From contig CAVXKA010000001.1 of assembly GCA_963762255.1 (NCBI GenBank), forward strand, positions 1,280,001-1,344,000: a DNA stretch of 64,000 bases. The letters run 5' to 3'. The DNA comes from Candidatus Eiseniibacteriota bacterium. Lineage in GTDB: Bacteria > Eisenbacteria > RBG-16-71-46 > JABDJR01. Below, piece by piece: positions 9,221 to 19,271 of the stretch (within the stretch, counting starts at the first letter, position 1; every line of letters begins with the position of its first letter). The position numbers and the translations under genes were made by a program. A model generated the notes under the pieces. It was not told the origin of the DNA. It ran no database searches and saw nothing but the letters and a program-made list of their open reading frames with translations.

Positions 9221-10141
9221 CTACTCGAGATCCCAGCGACCGGGATGGTCCCCATTGTCGCCGGCGTGCGTCGGCGACGCCTCGTCGGAGGGAAGCTCCG
9301 CGAGAACGCGATCCCAGTCCATCAGCTCCGCGGTCTCGGAGGCATCCGTGCTCAGCGCCCGCAGACCCGCCCGTTCGCGGGAGTGGCGGGAGAGGATCTC
9401 CTCCGCGAGAGACTGAAGCGCCTTGCCGGCACGGCTCCGCGCTCCCGTCACGGTGGGCTTCCCCTTCACGCTTTCCTCCGCGACGCGGATGCTGCGCGGG
9501 ATCACCGTCTGCAAGAGGTCGCGCGGGTACTCGGACGAGAGACGCTCGATCATCGTCTGCGCGTGCCGGGTCCGGCCGTCCACCATCGTCACCACGAGGC
9601 CCTCGAAGGTGAGTCCGGGGTTGTCCGCCGCCCGCACTTCCTCGGCCAGTGCCATGACGCGCGGCAGCGTGGCGAGGTTCATGGCCTCGGCCTGCACCGG
9701 CACCAGAAACCGGTCGGCGGCGATCAGCGCGGCTCGGGTCACGGGCCCGAGAGCGGGAGGGCAGTCCATGATGACGTAGTCGTAGTCATCCTGGACGGAG
9801 CGCACGATCGCGCGCAGGGCTTGAGGGTCGCGCTTGAGGGCTTCGAGGTAGGCCAGCTCCTCTTCGTGCGACCAGACGTTGGCGGGCATGAGATCCAGGT
9901 TCTCGCCGATGCCGCGCTCGGTGGCCTCGGCGCCGGAGAGTCCCTCGGTCAGGCACCCGAACAGCCCATGGTGGACGTCGAAGCGGTCGATCCCGAAGCA
10001 GCGGATGAGGCTGCCCTGGGGGTCCACCTCAATCAAGAGGGTCTTGAAGGTGAGTTCGGCGAAGGCCGAAGCGAGGTTGGCGGCTAGCGTGGTCTTCCCT
10101 ACGCCTCCCTTTTGGGAAGCGATTGCGATGCTCATCCCCAT
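9221..10141 (-). CDS. parA: ParA/Soj-family ATPase
   Basis: IASQKGGVGKTT, DPQG, YDYVIMDCPP, VPVQAE, IPRSIRVAE. Start taken at the ATG after a GAGG-rich RBS. Confidence 0.9.
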   Translation of the reverse strand: MGMSIAIASQKGGVGKTTLAANLASAFAELTFKTLLIEVDPQGSLIRCFGIDRFDVHHGLFGCLTEGLSGAEATERGIGENLDLMPANVWSHEEELAYLEALKRDPQALRAIVRSVQDDYDYVIMDCPPALGPVTRAALIAADRFLVPVQAEAMNLATLPRVMALAEEVRAADNPGLTFEGLVVTMVDGRTRHAQTMIERLSSEYPRDLLQTVIPRSIRVAEESVKGKPTVTGARSRAGKALQSLAEEILSRHSRERAGLRALSTDASETAELMDWDRVLAELPSDEASPTHAGDNGDHPGRWDLE

Positions 10142-10492
10142 GGATCCAGTCCTCTCTCTCCTCGGTAATCCGCGGACGCGGTCCGGCGGTTCGGGCTGCG
10201 TCTCGTCTGGCCTCGCGGATAGTCTCAAGGCACGGTCGCGGCAATCCGGCGTGGCGAGAAAGTGCACCCGCCACACTGAAGCACCAATTACAGCGGAACG
10301 ACGCGGACTTGCATAGGTGGAAACTGACTCACCGGCGAAGAAGCGGTCGACCCGTGCGTCGCGAGAGGGTGGAGAGCGGGCGAGGACACTGCGGCGCGGG
10401 ACGAGGACTAGACATTTTCCGTCGATCACATCACTATGTTGCCCCAAGTGGCAGCCCGGCTCTGGAATCCAGTCGCAAGGGGGACTAGCGAG

Positions 10493-10864
10493 ATGGACAT
10501 CACCGAGGTCAAGGTTCGCCTCTGGAGAGATCAGCGTCTACGAGCTCTGGTGACGGTGGTCTTCGATGATTGTTTCGTGGTGCGCAACATCAAGGTGATC
10601 GAGGGGCGCGACCGAAAGCTCTTCGTCGCCATGCCGAGCCGGAAGATGCCGGATGGCCGGTATGGGGACATCGCCCACCCCATCACACGCAACTTCCGGC
10701 ACGTGATGGAAACCACGATCCTCGGAGCCTACATGGAGGAGTGTGAGGTCGCTCGGCGCGATCCCGCCTACATGGGCGGCGAGGCCGACGCCGAGGAGTA
10801 CGACGATTACGGCCCCGAAGACGAGGGGACGGCCCCCACGGGGGACTGGGCGCCGCAGAGTTAG
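10493..10864 (+). CDS. spoVG: SpoVG-family nucleic-acid-binding protein with acidic tail
   Basis: MDITEVKVR...FDDCFVVRNIKVIEG...LFVAMPSRK...DIAHPI. Confidence 0.92.
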   Translation: MDITEVKVRLWRDQRLRALVTVVFDDCFVVRNIKVIEGRDRKLFVAMPSRKMPDGRYGDIAHPITRNFRHVMETTILGAYMEECEVARRDPAYMGGEADAEEYDDYGPEDEGTAPTGDWAPQS

Positions 10865-10876
10865 CGCGCCCCCGCG

Positions 10877-11689
10877 CTAGAGAGGGCTCCCGATCCCCCC
10901 GGGAACCCCGATCCCTTCCCCCTCCTTCCCGAACATCCGATAGAAGCCCCGCCTCAGGGATCTCGAGTGAATCCGTCCCACCAAGCCGCATCGCGCCGCG
11001 GCACGCTCGATCGCTCGTTGCGCGCCGCGCGTGCCGAGTCGCCGTCCGTCCCTCCTGGTGAAGACCCAGTCCCACGGCATGCACCCGTTGAGGTGGGCGG
11101 CCGCGGTCTCCACAAGGAACCGGGGAAGGAGCGCCTCGCGTCCGGGGCGACCGCCGACAGGGGGCACGCGCACGCGGCGGGTCTCGATGTCGACGTCGGC
11201 TGCGCAAAGGCGGAGCGCTTCGCCGAGGCGCAGCCCTGCGCCGGAGACGAGCCCGATCAGGAGTCGGTCGCGGGCGCTCGGGCACGCGGCGAGAAGACGC
11301 AGCACCTCGTCCCGAGTCGGCGCGGCAGGCGGGGGCGCCGCCGTCCTGGGCGCGATCCGCAGGAGAGGGGCATCGTCCGGTCGTTCCAGCACGGCGCGCA
11401 TGAGGAACCGCGCGGAGGCGCGGGCTTGCTTGAGCGAGGAGGGGCCGAGCCGATCGACAGCGGCAAGCTGGGCGAGTTCCCGGGAGAGCGCCTCCGCAGG
11501 CATTTCGGCGGGGCCCCGCCGAGAACTCGTCAGGAGCCGCCGCATCCACGTCAGGTAGATCCGGCGGGTCTCTCCGGCGAGTCCGCAGTCGGACATGGCC
11601 GCCGCGGCCGCGGCCAGGAGTGAGTCCGGGTCGAATTCGCGCAGGCCGGGCGCTTCGAGCGCGTGAACCAGTGGCTCTGCGAGCGACAC
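10877..11689 (-). CDS. Degenerate or truncated tyrosine recombinase (integrase SAM-like N-domain)
   Basis: TRRIYLTWMRRLL, SSLKQARASARFLMRAVL and RDRLLIGLVSGAGLRLGEALRL. Box II is altered (HSRSLRRGF) and the catalytic Tyr region is absent. Confidence 0.7.
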   Translation of the reverse strand: MSLAEPLVHALEAPGLREFDPDSLLAAAAAAMSDCGLAGETRRIYLTWMRRLLTSSRRGPAEMPAEALSRELAQLAAVDRLGPSSLKQARASARFLMRAVLERPDDAPLLRIAPRTAAPPPAAPTRDEVLRLLAACPSARDRLLIGLVSGAGLRLGEALRLCAADVDIETRRVRVPPVGGRPGREALLPRFLVETAAAHLNGCMPWDWVFTRRDGRRLGTRGAQRAIERAAARCGLVGRIHSRSLRRGFYRMFGKEGEGIGVPGGIGSPL

Positions 11690-11769
11690 GGTGCATCTCC
11701 CCCCCGCCGCGGCGCGGCGTCATCGACGCGGCGAAAGGGAGCAGGAAGCGGGCCAGACCCGGGCGGCCG

Positions 11770-11835
11770 GCGCTGTCAGTTGGACGGGATCCGCCGCGCC
11801 GAGACGGCCCGCGCCGTCAGTTGGACGGGATCCGC
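11770..11835. repeat. 25-bp direct repeat duplicating the 3' end of the SRPBCC gene
   Basis: gcgctgtcagttggacgggatccgc (11770-11794) and gcgccgtcagttggacgggatccgc (11811-11835). Confidence 0.85.
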
Positions 11836-12371
11836 TCCTCGTGCCGGGGAGCGGTCTCCTCGCCCAACCGCGTGCCCAGGGCGCGCAGATACCCATCGAG
11901 CATGGAGTGATAGCCGAAGACGAACCTCGCCAGCGCCCGAAAGAGCGCGTTCTTGATCGTCCCGCGCTCGACCACGGTGAGGAGGGTGCCCTCTCGATCG
12001 GGTTCGATCGAGTAGGTCCAACTCCCGTTGAAGGGAAGGCCGGGATCGTCGACGCGCAACGCGAGGCGAACCGGCGGGAGCCACTCCACGACCTCGTAGG
12101 GGAGCGAGCCGGTCTGCCCGACCTCCAGCCATACTGCGCGGCCGTTGCGATCGGGAAGTCGCTCCATGCGCGTCACGTCCGGTCGCCACGAGGGGACGTG
12201 CTCGAGATCGGAGATGACCGCCCATACCGAATCGGGCGAGGCGGCGAAGCGCGCGGACGAGACCGCCGCGTGGTCACGGGGGAGGAAGAACCCGGCCGTT
12301 ATCAGCATCGCGATGAGCAGAACGGGCAATCCCATGACGAGGACGACCCATCGCAACGGACGCCTGGCCAT
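11817..12371 (-). CDS. SRPBCC (polyketide cyclase/START-like) protein
   Basis: N-terminal TM, then ASPDSVWAVISDLEHVPSWRPDV, PFNGSWTYSIEP and GTLLTVVERG. Confidence 0.85.
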   Translation of the reverse strand: MARRPLRWVVLVMGLPVLLIAMLITAGFFLPRDHAAVSSARFAASPDSVWAVISDLEHVPSWRPDVTRMERLPDRNGRAVWLEVGQTGSLPYEVVEWLPPVRLALRVDDPGLPFNGSWTYSIEPDREGTLLTVVERGTIKNALFRALARFVFGYHSMLDGYLRALGTRLGEETAPRHEERIPSN

Positions 12372-12422
12372 GCGCGCTCCTTCCTGCGGCTGAGCGGGGC
12401 GCCTCGGCGCGCCCCCGCCGGG

Positions 12423-13439
12423 TCAGTAGCTGAACTTGCCGAGATCCACCTTGCCCCGGAATACCCAATAGATGATCACGGTGTAGGCCAGCACGAACGG
12501 CATCCCCGCGAAGGCGATGTTGCGCATGATGGCCAGGGTCTTGAGCGAGGACGCCGCGTTATAGATCGTCAGGCTGAAGGCGGGATCGGTGCTCGAGACG
12601 ATCAGGTTTGGAAAGAGCGCCGCTCCGAACAGGAAGGTCAGCGCGGCGATGGTGGCGCCCGACGAGATGAACGCGTACAGAGGGCGACCCTGGAAGATGG
12701 CGCGGGGGATGTTGGCGATGGCGAGCACGTTCAGCACGACCACGACCCAGATCCATGGATGCTCGCGGAAGTTGCGCACCGCGTGCGGGACCAGAACCAG
12801 GGTAACGATCGTGGTGAGCAGGTAGAGCACGAGGAAGATCCCGAACGTGCGCCACATCCAGCCGTGGATGCGCCGGTGCAGGTCTCCTTCGGTCTTGAGA
12901 TGCAGGTAGATGGCTCCGTGCATGGCGAAGATGGAGACCGCCAGTGCGCCCACCAGGAGCGCGTAGGGACGCAGAAGATCCAGGAGAACGCCGTGGAACT
13001 CCTTGTCCGCGCCGATGGGCAGCCCGAGCATCGAATTGCCCACCGCCACGCCGAAGAGAAAGGTGGCCAGCGTGCTCGCCGCGAAGAATGAGGAGTCCCA
13101 GAAGCGCCGCCAGGCCGCGCTGTCGTGCTTGCTGCGGAACTCCATCGAGACGGCGCGGAAGATGAGCGCGAAGAGGAGCACCATGAAAGGGAGGTAGAAC
13201 GCGGAAAACGCGGTGGCATAGGCGTGCGGGAAGGCGGCGAAGAGGGCCCCGCCGAAGGTCACGAGCCACACCTCGTTTCCGTCCCAGAGCGGGCCGATCG
13301 AGTTCATGAAGAGCCGCCGCTCGCGGTCGTCGCGGGCGAGGGGATGGAGGATCCCCACGCCGAGGTCGAACCCGTCGAGGATCGCGTAGCCGGTGAGCAG
13401 CACGCCGAGAAGGCCGAACCAGAGCAGATAGAGGTCCAT
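12423..13439 (-). CDS. cydB: Cytochrome bd oxidase subunit II
   Basis: YAILDGFDLGVG, IGPLWDGNEVWLV, YWVFRGKV. Confidence 0.97.
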   Translation of the reverse strand: MDLYLLWFGLLGVLLTGYAILDGFDLGVGILHPLARDDRERRLFMNSIGPLWDGNEVWLVTFGGALFAAFPHAYATAFSAFYLPFMVLLFALIFRAVSMEFRSKHDSAAWRRFWDSSFFAASTLATFLFGVAVGNSMLGLPIGADKEFHGVLLDLLRPYALLVGALAVSIFAMHGAIYLHLKTEGDLHRRIHGWMWRTFGIFLVLYLLTTIVTLVLVPHAVRNFREHPWIWVVVVLNVLAIANIPRAIFQGRPLYAFISSGATIAALTFLFGAALFPNLIVSSTDPAFSLTIYNAASSLKTLAIMRNIAFAGMPFVLAYTVIIYWVFRGKVDLGKFSY

Positions 13440-13449
13440 GGCGATTCTC

Positions 13450-14946
13450 CTAGCGCCGGCCGGCGGGGTTCGGGCCTTGGGACGCGTCGGGGCCGGGGGA
13501 CGGCCCCGGGCTCGACCCCGTGTGCGCCTCGGTCATCGACTCGCCGCCGTGCGCGGCCAGCGCGGCGGCCGCGTCGAGCCAGCTCCGTCGCCTCGTCCCC
13601 GGCCCCACTTCGCGATACTCGTCCTCGGGTCCGTGCTGGATCTTGCTGTTGAGGACGAAGAGCCAGACCGTGAGGAGGAGCGCGTAGATGATCCCGAAAA
13701 GCACGATCGAGATCAGCACCTGCCCCGGGACGACGGCGCGCGAGACCGCGTCCGAGGTGCGCAAGAGGCCGTAGACCACCCAGGGCTGGCGGCCGACCTC
13801 GGCGGCGATCCACCCGAGCTGGTTCGCCGCGAAGGGGCCGAGCACAGAGAATACGAGCACCCAGAGGAGCCAGCGATGTCGCGGCAGGCTCCGCCGGCGG
13901 ATAAAGAACCAGGAGACGGCGCAGATCAGCATGAAGTAGAGGCCGAGCGCGATCATGAGGTGATAGGAGATGAAGGGGATAACGACCGGAGGACGGTCCT
14001 GCGGCGGGAACCGGTCGAGACCCGGCACCGGCTGCGTGGTATTGCCGTGCACGAGCAGGCTCAGGAGACCGGGGACCGCGAAGCCGAACTTCACCGTCTC
14101 GGCGCGCTCATCCACGATTCCCCAGAGGTGCATCGGTGCGCCTCCCTCGCCGGTATGGAAGTGGCCTTCGAAAGCTGCAAGCTTGGCGGGTTGATGCTCC
14201 GCGACCACCATCGCTCCGAAATGACCGGTGAGGGGAGCCGCGAGCGAGAACAGGCTCGCCAGCGCGAGGCCCACCACAAAGGACTGGCGCGCGAACTCCA
14301 GATGACGGCGCTTGAGCATGTAGTACGCGGAGATGCTCATCACGAAGAACCCGCCGAGGATGTACGAGCCGACGAGCACGTGAGCGAGGCGGGACATCGA
14401 CGAAGGATTGAAGACCATCGCCCAGAAGTCGGTGATCTCCGCGCGCGCGGCCGTTGCTTCGCCCACGATATGGAAGCCGGCGGGGGTCTGCTGCCACGAG
14501 TTGGCCACAACGATCCATACCGCGGAGAATGCCGAGCCGAGCGCGACCATCCATGTCGCCAGGTAGTGCATTCGGTCGGAGACGCGGTCCCAGCCGAAGA
14601 CCAGCACCGCAAGGAACCCCGACTCGAGGAAGAAGGCGAAGATGCCCTCCGCGGCGAGCGCGGAGCCGAACACGTCGCCCACGAAGCGCGAGTACGTGGC
14701 CCAGTTGGTGCCGAACTGGAACTCCATCACGATTCCGGTCGCCACCCCCATCGCGAAGTTCACCGCGAAGATCTTCGTCCAGAACTTGGCGGCGGCGCGG
14801 TAGCGGGGGTCCTTCGTCGCCATGTACATGGACTCGATGAAGACGAGCACCGCTCCGAGCCCGATGGTGAGCGGGGGAAAGATGTAGTGGAACATGATGG
14901 TGAGCGTGAACTGCACGCGCGAGAGAAGGACGGGGTCGAGCGTCAT
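13450..14946 (-). CDS. cydA: Cytochrome bd oxidase subunit I
   Basis: [53 protein letters not shown]. Confidence 0.97.
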   Translation of the reverse strand: MTLDPVLLSRVQFTLTIMFHYIFPPLTIGLGAVLVFIESMYMATKDPRYRAAAKFWTKIFAVNFAMGVATGIVMEFQFGTNWATYSRFVGDVFGSALAAEGIFAFFLESGFLAVLVFGWDRVSDRMHYLATWMVALGSAFSAVWIVVANSWQQTPAGFHIVGEATAARAEITDFWAMVFNPSSMSRLAHVLVGSYILGGFFVMSISAYYMLKRRHLEFARQSFVVGLALASLFSLAAPLTGHFGAMVVAEHQPAKLAAFEGHFHTGEGGAPMHLWGIVDERAETVKFGFAVPGLLSLLVHGNTTQPVPGLDRFPPQDRPPVVIPFISYHLMIALGLYFMLICAVSWFFIRRRSLPRHRWLLWVLVFSVLGPFAANQLGWIAAEVGRQPWVVYGLLRTSDAVSRAVVPGQVLISIVLFGIIYALLLTVWLFVLNSKIQHGPEDEYREVGPGTRRRSWLDAAAALAAHGGESMTEAHTGSSPGPSPGPDASQGPNPAGRR

Positions 14947-15056
14947 GATATCGGTCCTGTCGGAAGCGTCACTGGAAGGGGGTTGGTGGAGCCTACCGCT
15001 TGCCGCAGCGCCTGGCTAGCCACTCGCGGCAATCGTAAAAATACGATGGTAAGTTA

Positions 15057-15368
15057 TCAGGCCGTAAGGGTTGCCACCAGGCTCCGGTAGCGGACAAGGG
15101 TCTGGCGGTTGAGTCGGTAGCCGTGCTGGCCGGACGAGGCGTCCATCTCCAGGAGCGCCGCCTCCCTTAGAACCTTAAGGTGTTGTGAAATAGTTGATTG
15201 AGCCAGTGGCAGTGCTCTGGCCAAGTGACCGCAGGTGCAGGCCTCCCGGGCGAGGACCTCCCTCATGATGCGCACCCGGGCCGGGTGCCCGAGGGCCTTC
15301 GAAAGCCGGGCCAGCTCGGATTCGAGCTGTTCCGTGGCCTCTGGTTTGGGGGTCCAGCGGATGTCCAA
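15057..15368 (-). CDS. ArsR/SmtB-family transcriptional regulator
   Basis: AGGAGG RBS then TTG. KALGHPARVRI, ACTCG, LAQSTISQHLKVLREA. Confidence 0.85.
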   Translation of the reverse strand: MDIRWTPKPEATEQLESELARLSKALGHPARVRIMREVLAREACTCGHLARALPLAQSTISQHLKVLREAALLEMDASSGQHGYRLNRQTLVRYRSLVATLTA

Positions 15369-15597
15369 CGCTATCCTCCTTGCGGGAGTGACGGTACATT
15401 CGTGTATCGACGAAAGACGATATATTAGGAACTCGGGTTGGTCAAGCCCTTTTACGGGGCCCCGCGGGCCGGCGGATGTCCGACGCGATCCCCGGCGCAA
15501 GAGGCCCTATACTCTTGGCCTTCGATCGGCCTGCCCGTTTCCGGGGATTCAACCCGCGGGTGGCATTGTCCCCTATGCAATCAAGGAGACGTCGCAC

Positions 15598-15984
15598 GTG
15601 ATTCAGGTTCTCTTGACCGCGCACAGCATCAATCGCTGGCTGCTGATCGCCGTGGCCGTGGTGGGGATGATCCATGCCGCCATCCACCTACGCGGGGACG
15701 GCGCAACGAAGGGTCTCGGGAAGATCCTCGCGTTGGCATTCCTCGGCTTGCTCGACCTTCAGCTTCTCATGGGAATCGGATTGTTCGCCTTGAAGCCGGG
15801 CGTTCATCATGTCGCCGGAGCGCACGCGCTCCTCATGTTGGTCGCCATCGTCGCCGCCCACCTGTTCCGCATCAGCACCAAAAAGGCAGAGCCCCATCGG
15901 GCCGGACGGCTGGCGCTCTCGGTCTACGTGGTGCCGCTCGCCTTGATCCTGCTCGGGCTGACCGCGGTCCCCACCTCACGCTGA
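15598..15984 (+). CDS. Small four-TM membrane protein
   Basis: AAGGAG RBS then GTG. HSINRWL, LDLQLLMGI and HALLMLVAIVAAH, with His residues in TM helices. Confidence 0.75.
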   Translation: MIQVLLTAHSINRWLLIAVAVVGMIHAAIHLRGDGATKGLGKILALAFLGLLDLQLLMGIGLFALKPGVHHVAGAHALLMLVAIVAAHLFRISTKKAEPHRAGRLALSVYVVPLALILLGLTAVPTSR

Positions 15985-16042
15985 TGCTCTTGCCGATGCT
16001 CTTGCCGGCTCGCCGTTGTGGCGAGCCTCCGAAGAGGAAACG

Positions 16043-16546
16043 ATGAGCCAGGTTTCGTTCGATACCCTTCCCGATGAAGCACGCCTGTGGATCTTCGCCG
16101 CCGATCGAGCGTTGACCGTCGCGGAGCGGGAGACGCTGGTGAGCGCGGTGGAGTCGGGGCTTGCCGCGTGGAACGCTCATGGGAGCCCGGTGCGCTGGGG
16201 GCATCGGCTCGAGCACGACCGGTTCCTCATGATCGGGGTCGATGAGAGCGCAACGTCTCTCAGCGGCTGTTCGATCGACAACGCCACTCGCCGCATCCGC
16301 GACGTGGAGACGTCTATGGGAGTGGCGATGCTCGACAACGGGCGCGTCTTCTACCGGGAGGGCGATGCGATCCTCCGCGCGACGCGCGCCGAGTTCGGTG
16401 CCCTCGCACGAGCCGGCCGAGTGACGGGGGACACGATCGTGTTCAACAACGTGCTGGCCACGGTCGGAGAATTGCGGCAGGGATCCTGGGAAGTGCCGAT
16501 GCAGCGCTCCTGGCACGCGGAGGCGTTCCCACGTGGCGCCCGGTGA
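16043..16546 (+). CDS. Conserved hypothetical protein
   Basis: VSFDTLPDEARLWIF, WNAHG, SGCSID and VFNN; resembles a family I recall from Bacteroidota. Confidence 0.75.
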   Translation: MSQVSFDTLPDEARLWIFAADRALTVAERETLVSAVESGLAAWNAHGSPVRWGHRLEHDRFLMIGVDESATSLSGCSIDNATRRIRDVETSMGVAMLDNGRVFYREGDAILRATRAEFGALARAGRVTGDTIVFNNVLATVGELRQGSWEVPMQRSWHAEAFPRGAR

Positions 16547-17213
16547 CGCCGCGCTCCCTCTCTGGGAGCGCCCCGAGATGGTCGAGCGCTTCGCCGCGCG
16601 CGATCCGGACCATCGTCTCGTGCGTTTGGCCGCGATGTACGCGCTCCCGTCCTACGTGCGCGCCTTGGACCTGGGCTGCGCCGGGGGAAGGAACGCCGTC
16701 TTCCTCGCGCGTCTCGGGTTTCAGGTGACGGCGCTGGATTCCTCGCGGGCCATGGTGGCGGAGACGCGCCGTCGTCTGGCCGAAGTGGTGGGTCCCACCG
16801 AGGCCGCGCACCGCGTGCGGGAGGCGGGCATGGACACGTTGCGGGGCGTCGCCGACGGATCGATCGATCTCTTCGTCGCGCTCGGCATCTTCCATCAGGC
16901 GGAGAGCGAGACGGAGTGGGACCGCGCCCTGGCCGAAGCGCGGCGTGTTTGCGCGCCGGGCGCGTGGATGCTGGTGGCGTGCTTCACCGACGAGAGCGAT
17001 CCCCACGGGACGGGGTTGCTTCCGGTTGCGGGCGAGCCCCACATCTTCGAAGGCATGGAAGCGCGTCGGGTGCATCTCGTGAGCGCCGCCGTGCTCGACC
17101 GCGAGATGGCCGCGCACGGGTTCTTGCCGGTGGCGCCCACCGAGACCGTGCGGGTCCCCGTGGAGGGAGGCGGCCGGCGAGTGACCGCGAACGGGCTCTA
17201 CGTGCGGGCATGA
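16533..17213 (+). CDS. Class I SAM-dependent methyltransferase
   Basis: ALDLGCAGGRNAVFLARLGFQVTALDSS. Confidence 0.85.
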   Translation: MAPGDAALPLWERPEMVERFAARDPDHRLVRLAAMYALPSYVRALDLGCAGGRNAVFLARLGFQVTALDSSRAMVAETRRRLAEVVGPTEAAHRVREAGMDTLRGVADGSIDLFVALGIFHQAESETEWDRALAEARRVCAPGAWMLVACFTDESDPHGTGLLPVAGEPHIFEGMEARRVHLVSAAVLDREMAAHGFLPVAPTETVRVPVEGGGRRVTANGLYVRA

Positions 17214-18142
17214 GAGGTTTCACGGTCAGGGCGTGCGCCGCGATGGCGTTGGTGCTCGCGTTGCTGCCGGGCGCGGCGTCGGCGATGACGCCGGCGGCGT
17301 ACGCGCGGGCACTCGATGAGGCCGTACGCCGGGCCGGTTTCGGGGCGAACGGGCTCGAGGTGGGGCTCGATGTCATCGTGGAGGGAGAGGGGCCGCTCGC
17401 GAGTCGGGCCGCCGGCACGCCGCGCCCGGCGGCGAGCGCGATCAAGACCGCCATTGCTCTGGTACTGCTGGCGGATCGCGCGACCGTGTTGAGCGAGAAG
17501 CCCGCCGGCGTGGAGTCGATGCTGCGCGCGGGGGCGCACCCGGCGTTTCGAGGCTTCAACGCCGACGAACTCCGTGACGCCCGGGTCGAACTCGCGAACA
17601 AGAGTCATCTCGATCTCGCCCGCGTGATGATGGGGCGCACCGGCGCTCCCAATGACGTCTACAACGCGGCGTGCAACATCCTGATGATCAAGCTGGGAGG
17701 GCCGCGCGCCATCGAGGCGCGCCTTCACGCGCTCGACCCCGCGTTTCGAGGGTTCCGCATCGACCACTACATGCTCACCTGGGATGGCGAGGGCGACAAC
17801 CAAGCCACCCCACGCTCTCTGGTCGCACTCTATCGTGCCATCGCACGCGGGGAGGTGCCGGGGCTGGACGACGAGCGCGTGGGGTTGCTGCGCGACCTCG
17901 TGCGCGAGAGCGGCGACGGAAGCCCCGGCAGCGTCTATGAGAAGCCGGGCACGCTCTTCCCGCGGCCTATGGCCCGCGTTCATGCCGGGTACGTGGAACG
18001 GGGGACGCGCGACCTCGTCTTTGCGGTGATGGGAGAGGCCATGGAGACGCCGGACGAACCGGCCGCCGACACCTTTGTCCGGCTCATGGCCGCGGTGGAT
18101 TCCGTGGCGGCGGCTTGCCGGCGGATCGCGGCAGCACAATGA
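17210..18142 (+). CDS. Secreted serine hydrolase, class A beta-lactamase-like fold
   Basis: Signal peptide, AASAIK (SxxK), NAACNILM, NQATP and YEKPG (KTG-like). ATGA overlap with the upstream gene. Confidence 0.7.
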   Translation: MRGFTVRACAAMALVLALLPGAASAMTPAAYARALDEAVRRAGFGANGLEVGLDVIVEGEGPLASRAAGTPRPAASAIKTAIALVLLADRATVLSEKPAGVESMLRAGAHPAFRGFNADELRDARVELANKSHLDLARVMMGRTGAPNDVYNAACNILMIKLGGPRAIEARLHALDPAFRGFRIDHYMLTWDGEGDNQATPRSLVALYRAIARGEVPGLDDERVGLLRDLVRESGDGSPGSVYEKPGTLFPRPMARVHAGYVERGTRDLVFAVMGEAMETPDEPAADTFVRLMAAVDSVAAACRRIAAAQ

Positions 18143-18163
18143 ACCTGTTATTCTGAGCCTCCT

Positions 18164-19258
18164 ATGAACACCTTCGGACATCTCTTTCGCGTCACGACTT
18201 TCGGCGAGTCGCACGGCGGCGGGGTCGGTTGCGTCATCGACGGATGCCCGCCGTCGTTGGCGCTCTCCACCGAGGACATCCAGGCCGATCTCGATCGACG
18301 CCGTCCGGGGACGAGCCGTCTGGTGAGCGCGCGCGGCGAAACCGACGCGGTGGAGATTCTCTCCGGCCTGTTCGAAGGGAAGACCCTCGGCACGCCGATC
18401 GCGCTATTGGTGCGAAACGAAGACGCACGCCCCCACGATTACGAGACATGGAAAGACGTCTACCGTCCGTCGCACGCGGACTTTGTATACGACGCCAAGT
18501 ACGGGCATCGCGACTGGCGGGGAGGCGGGCGCACGAGCGCGCGCGAGACGGTCGGCCGCGTGGCCGCGGGCGCGGTGGCCCGCGCGCTTCTGCGCGCGGA
18601 GTGCGGTGTGGAGATCGTGGCCTACGTAACGCGCGTACACACCGTGGAGGCGGGCGTTGTGGATTCCGCCGGCGTGACCCGGGAGTCGGTGGATGCGACC
18701 CCGGTGCGTTGCCCGGACGCCGCGGCGGCGGAGCGGATGATCGCCGCGATCGATGCGGCGCGGGCGGAAGGGGATTCTCTCGGCGGCATCGTGGAATGCG
18801 TGGCTCGCGGTGTGCCCGCCGGATGGGGAGAGCCGGTTTTCGGAAAGCTCGAGGCCGAGTTGGCCGCGGCGATGCTGTCGCTGCCGGCGGCGAAAGGGTT
18901 CGAGAGCGGTGACGGGTTCCGGGGCGCCACCCTCAAAGGGAGCGAGCACAACGACCCGTTCGTGGTGCGCGACGGGCGCGTGCGCACGGTGTCGAACCAC
19001 TCGGGGGGAATCCAGGGCGGGATCACGAACGGTGAGGACGTGATCCTGCGCGTCGCGTTCAAGCCCACATCGACCATCCGCAAGGCACAGCAAACCGTGA
19101 CGCGCGATCTGCGCGAGACGACGCTGGAGGCGAGGGGGCGCCATGATCCCTGCGTGGTGCCGCGCGCGGTGCCGATCGTGGAGGCGATGACCGCACTCGT
19201 GCTCGCGGATCACTACCTGCGTCATCGCGGGCAAACGGGACGAGGGGGCGCGGCTTAG
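18164..19258 (+). CDS. aroC: Chorismate synthase
   Basis: [43 protein letters not shown]. Confidence 0.98.
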   Translation: MNTFGHLFRVTTFGESHGGGVGCVIDGCPPSLALSTEDIQADLDRRRPGTSRLVSARGETDAVEILSGLFEGKTLGTPIALLVRNEDARPHDYETWKDVYRPSHADFVYDAKYGHRDWRGGGRTSARETVGRVAAGAVARALLRAECGVEIVAYVTRVHTVEAGVVDSAGVTRESVDATPVRCPDAAAAERMIAAIDAARAEGDSLGGIVECVARGVPAGWGEPVFGKLEAELAAAMLSLPAAKGFESGDGFRGATLKGSEHNDPFVVRDGRVRTVSNHSGGIQGGITNGEDVILRVAFKPTSTIRKAQQTVTRDLRETTLEARGRHDPCVVPRAVPIVEAMTALVLADHYLRHRGQTGRGGAA

Positions 19259-19271
19259 GGTTTCGCGTCGT

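Noticed and set aside
10877-11689. Functional integron integrase with a cassette array
   Set aside because: Catalytic residues are missing, no IntI-specific insertion is visible, and there are no adjacent attC-like sites.
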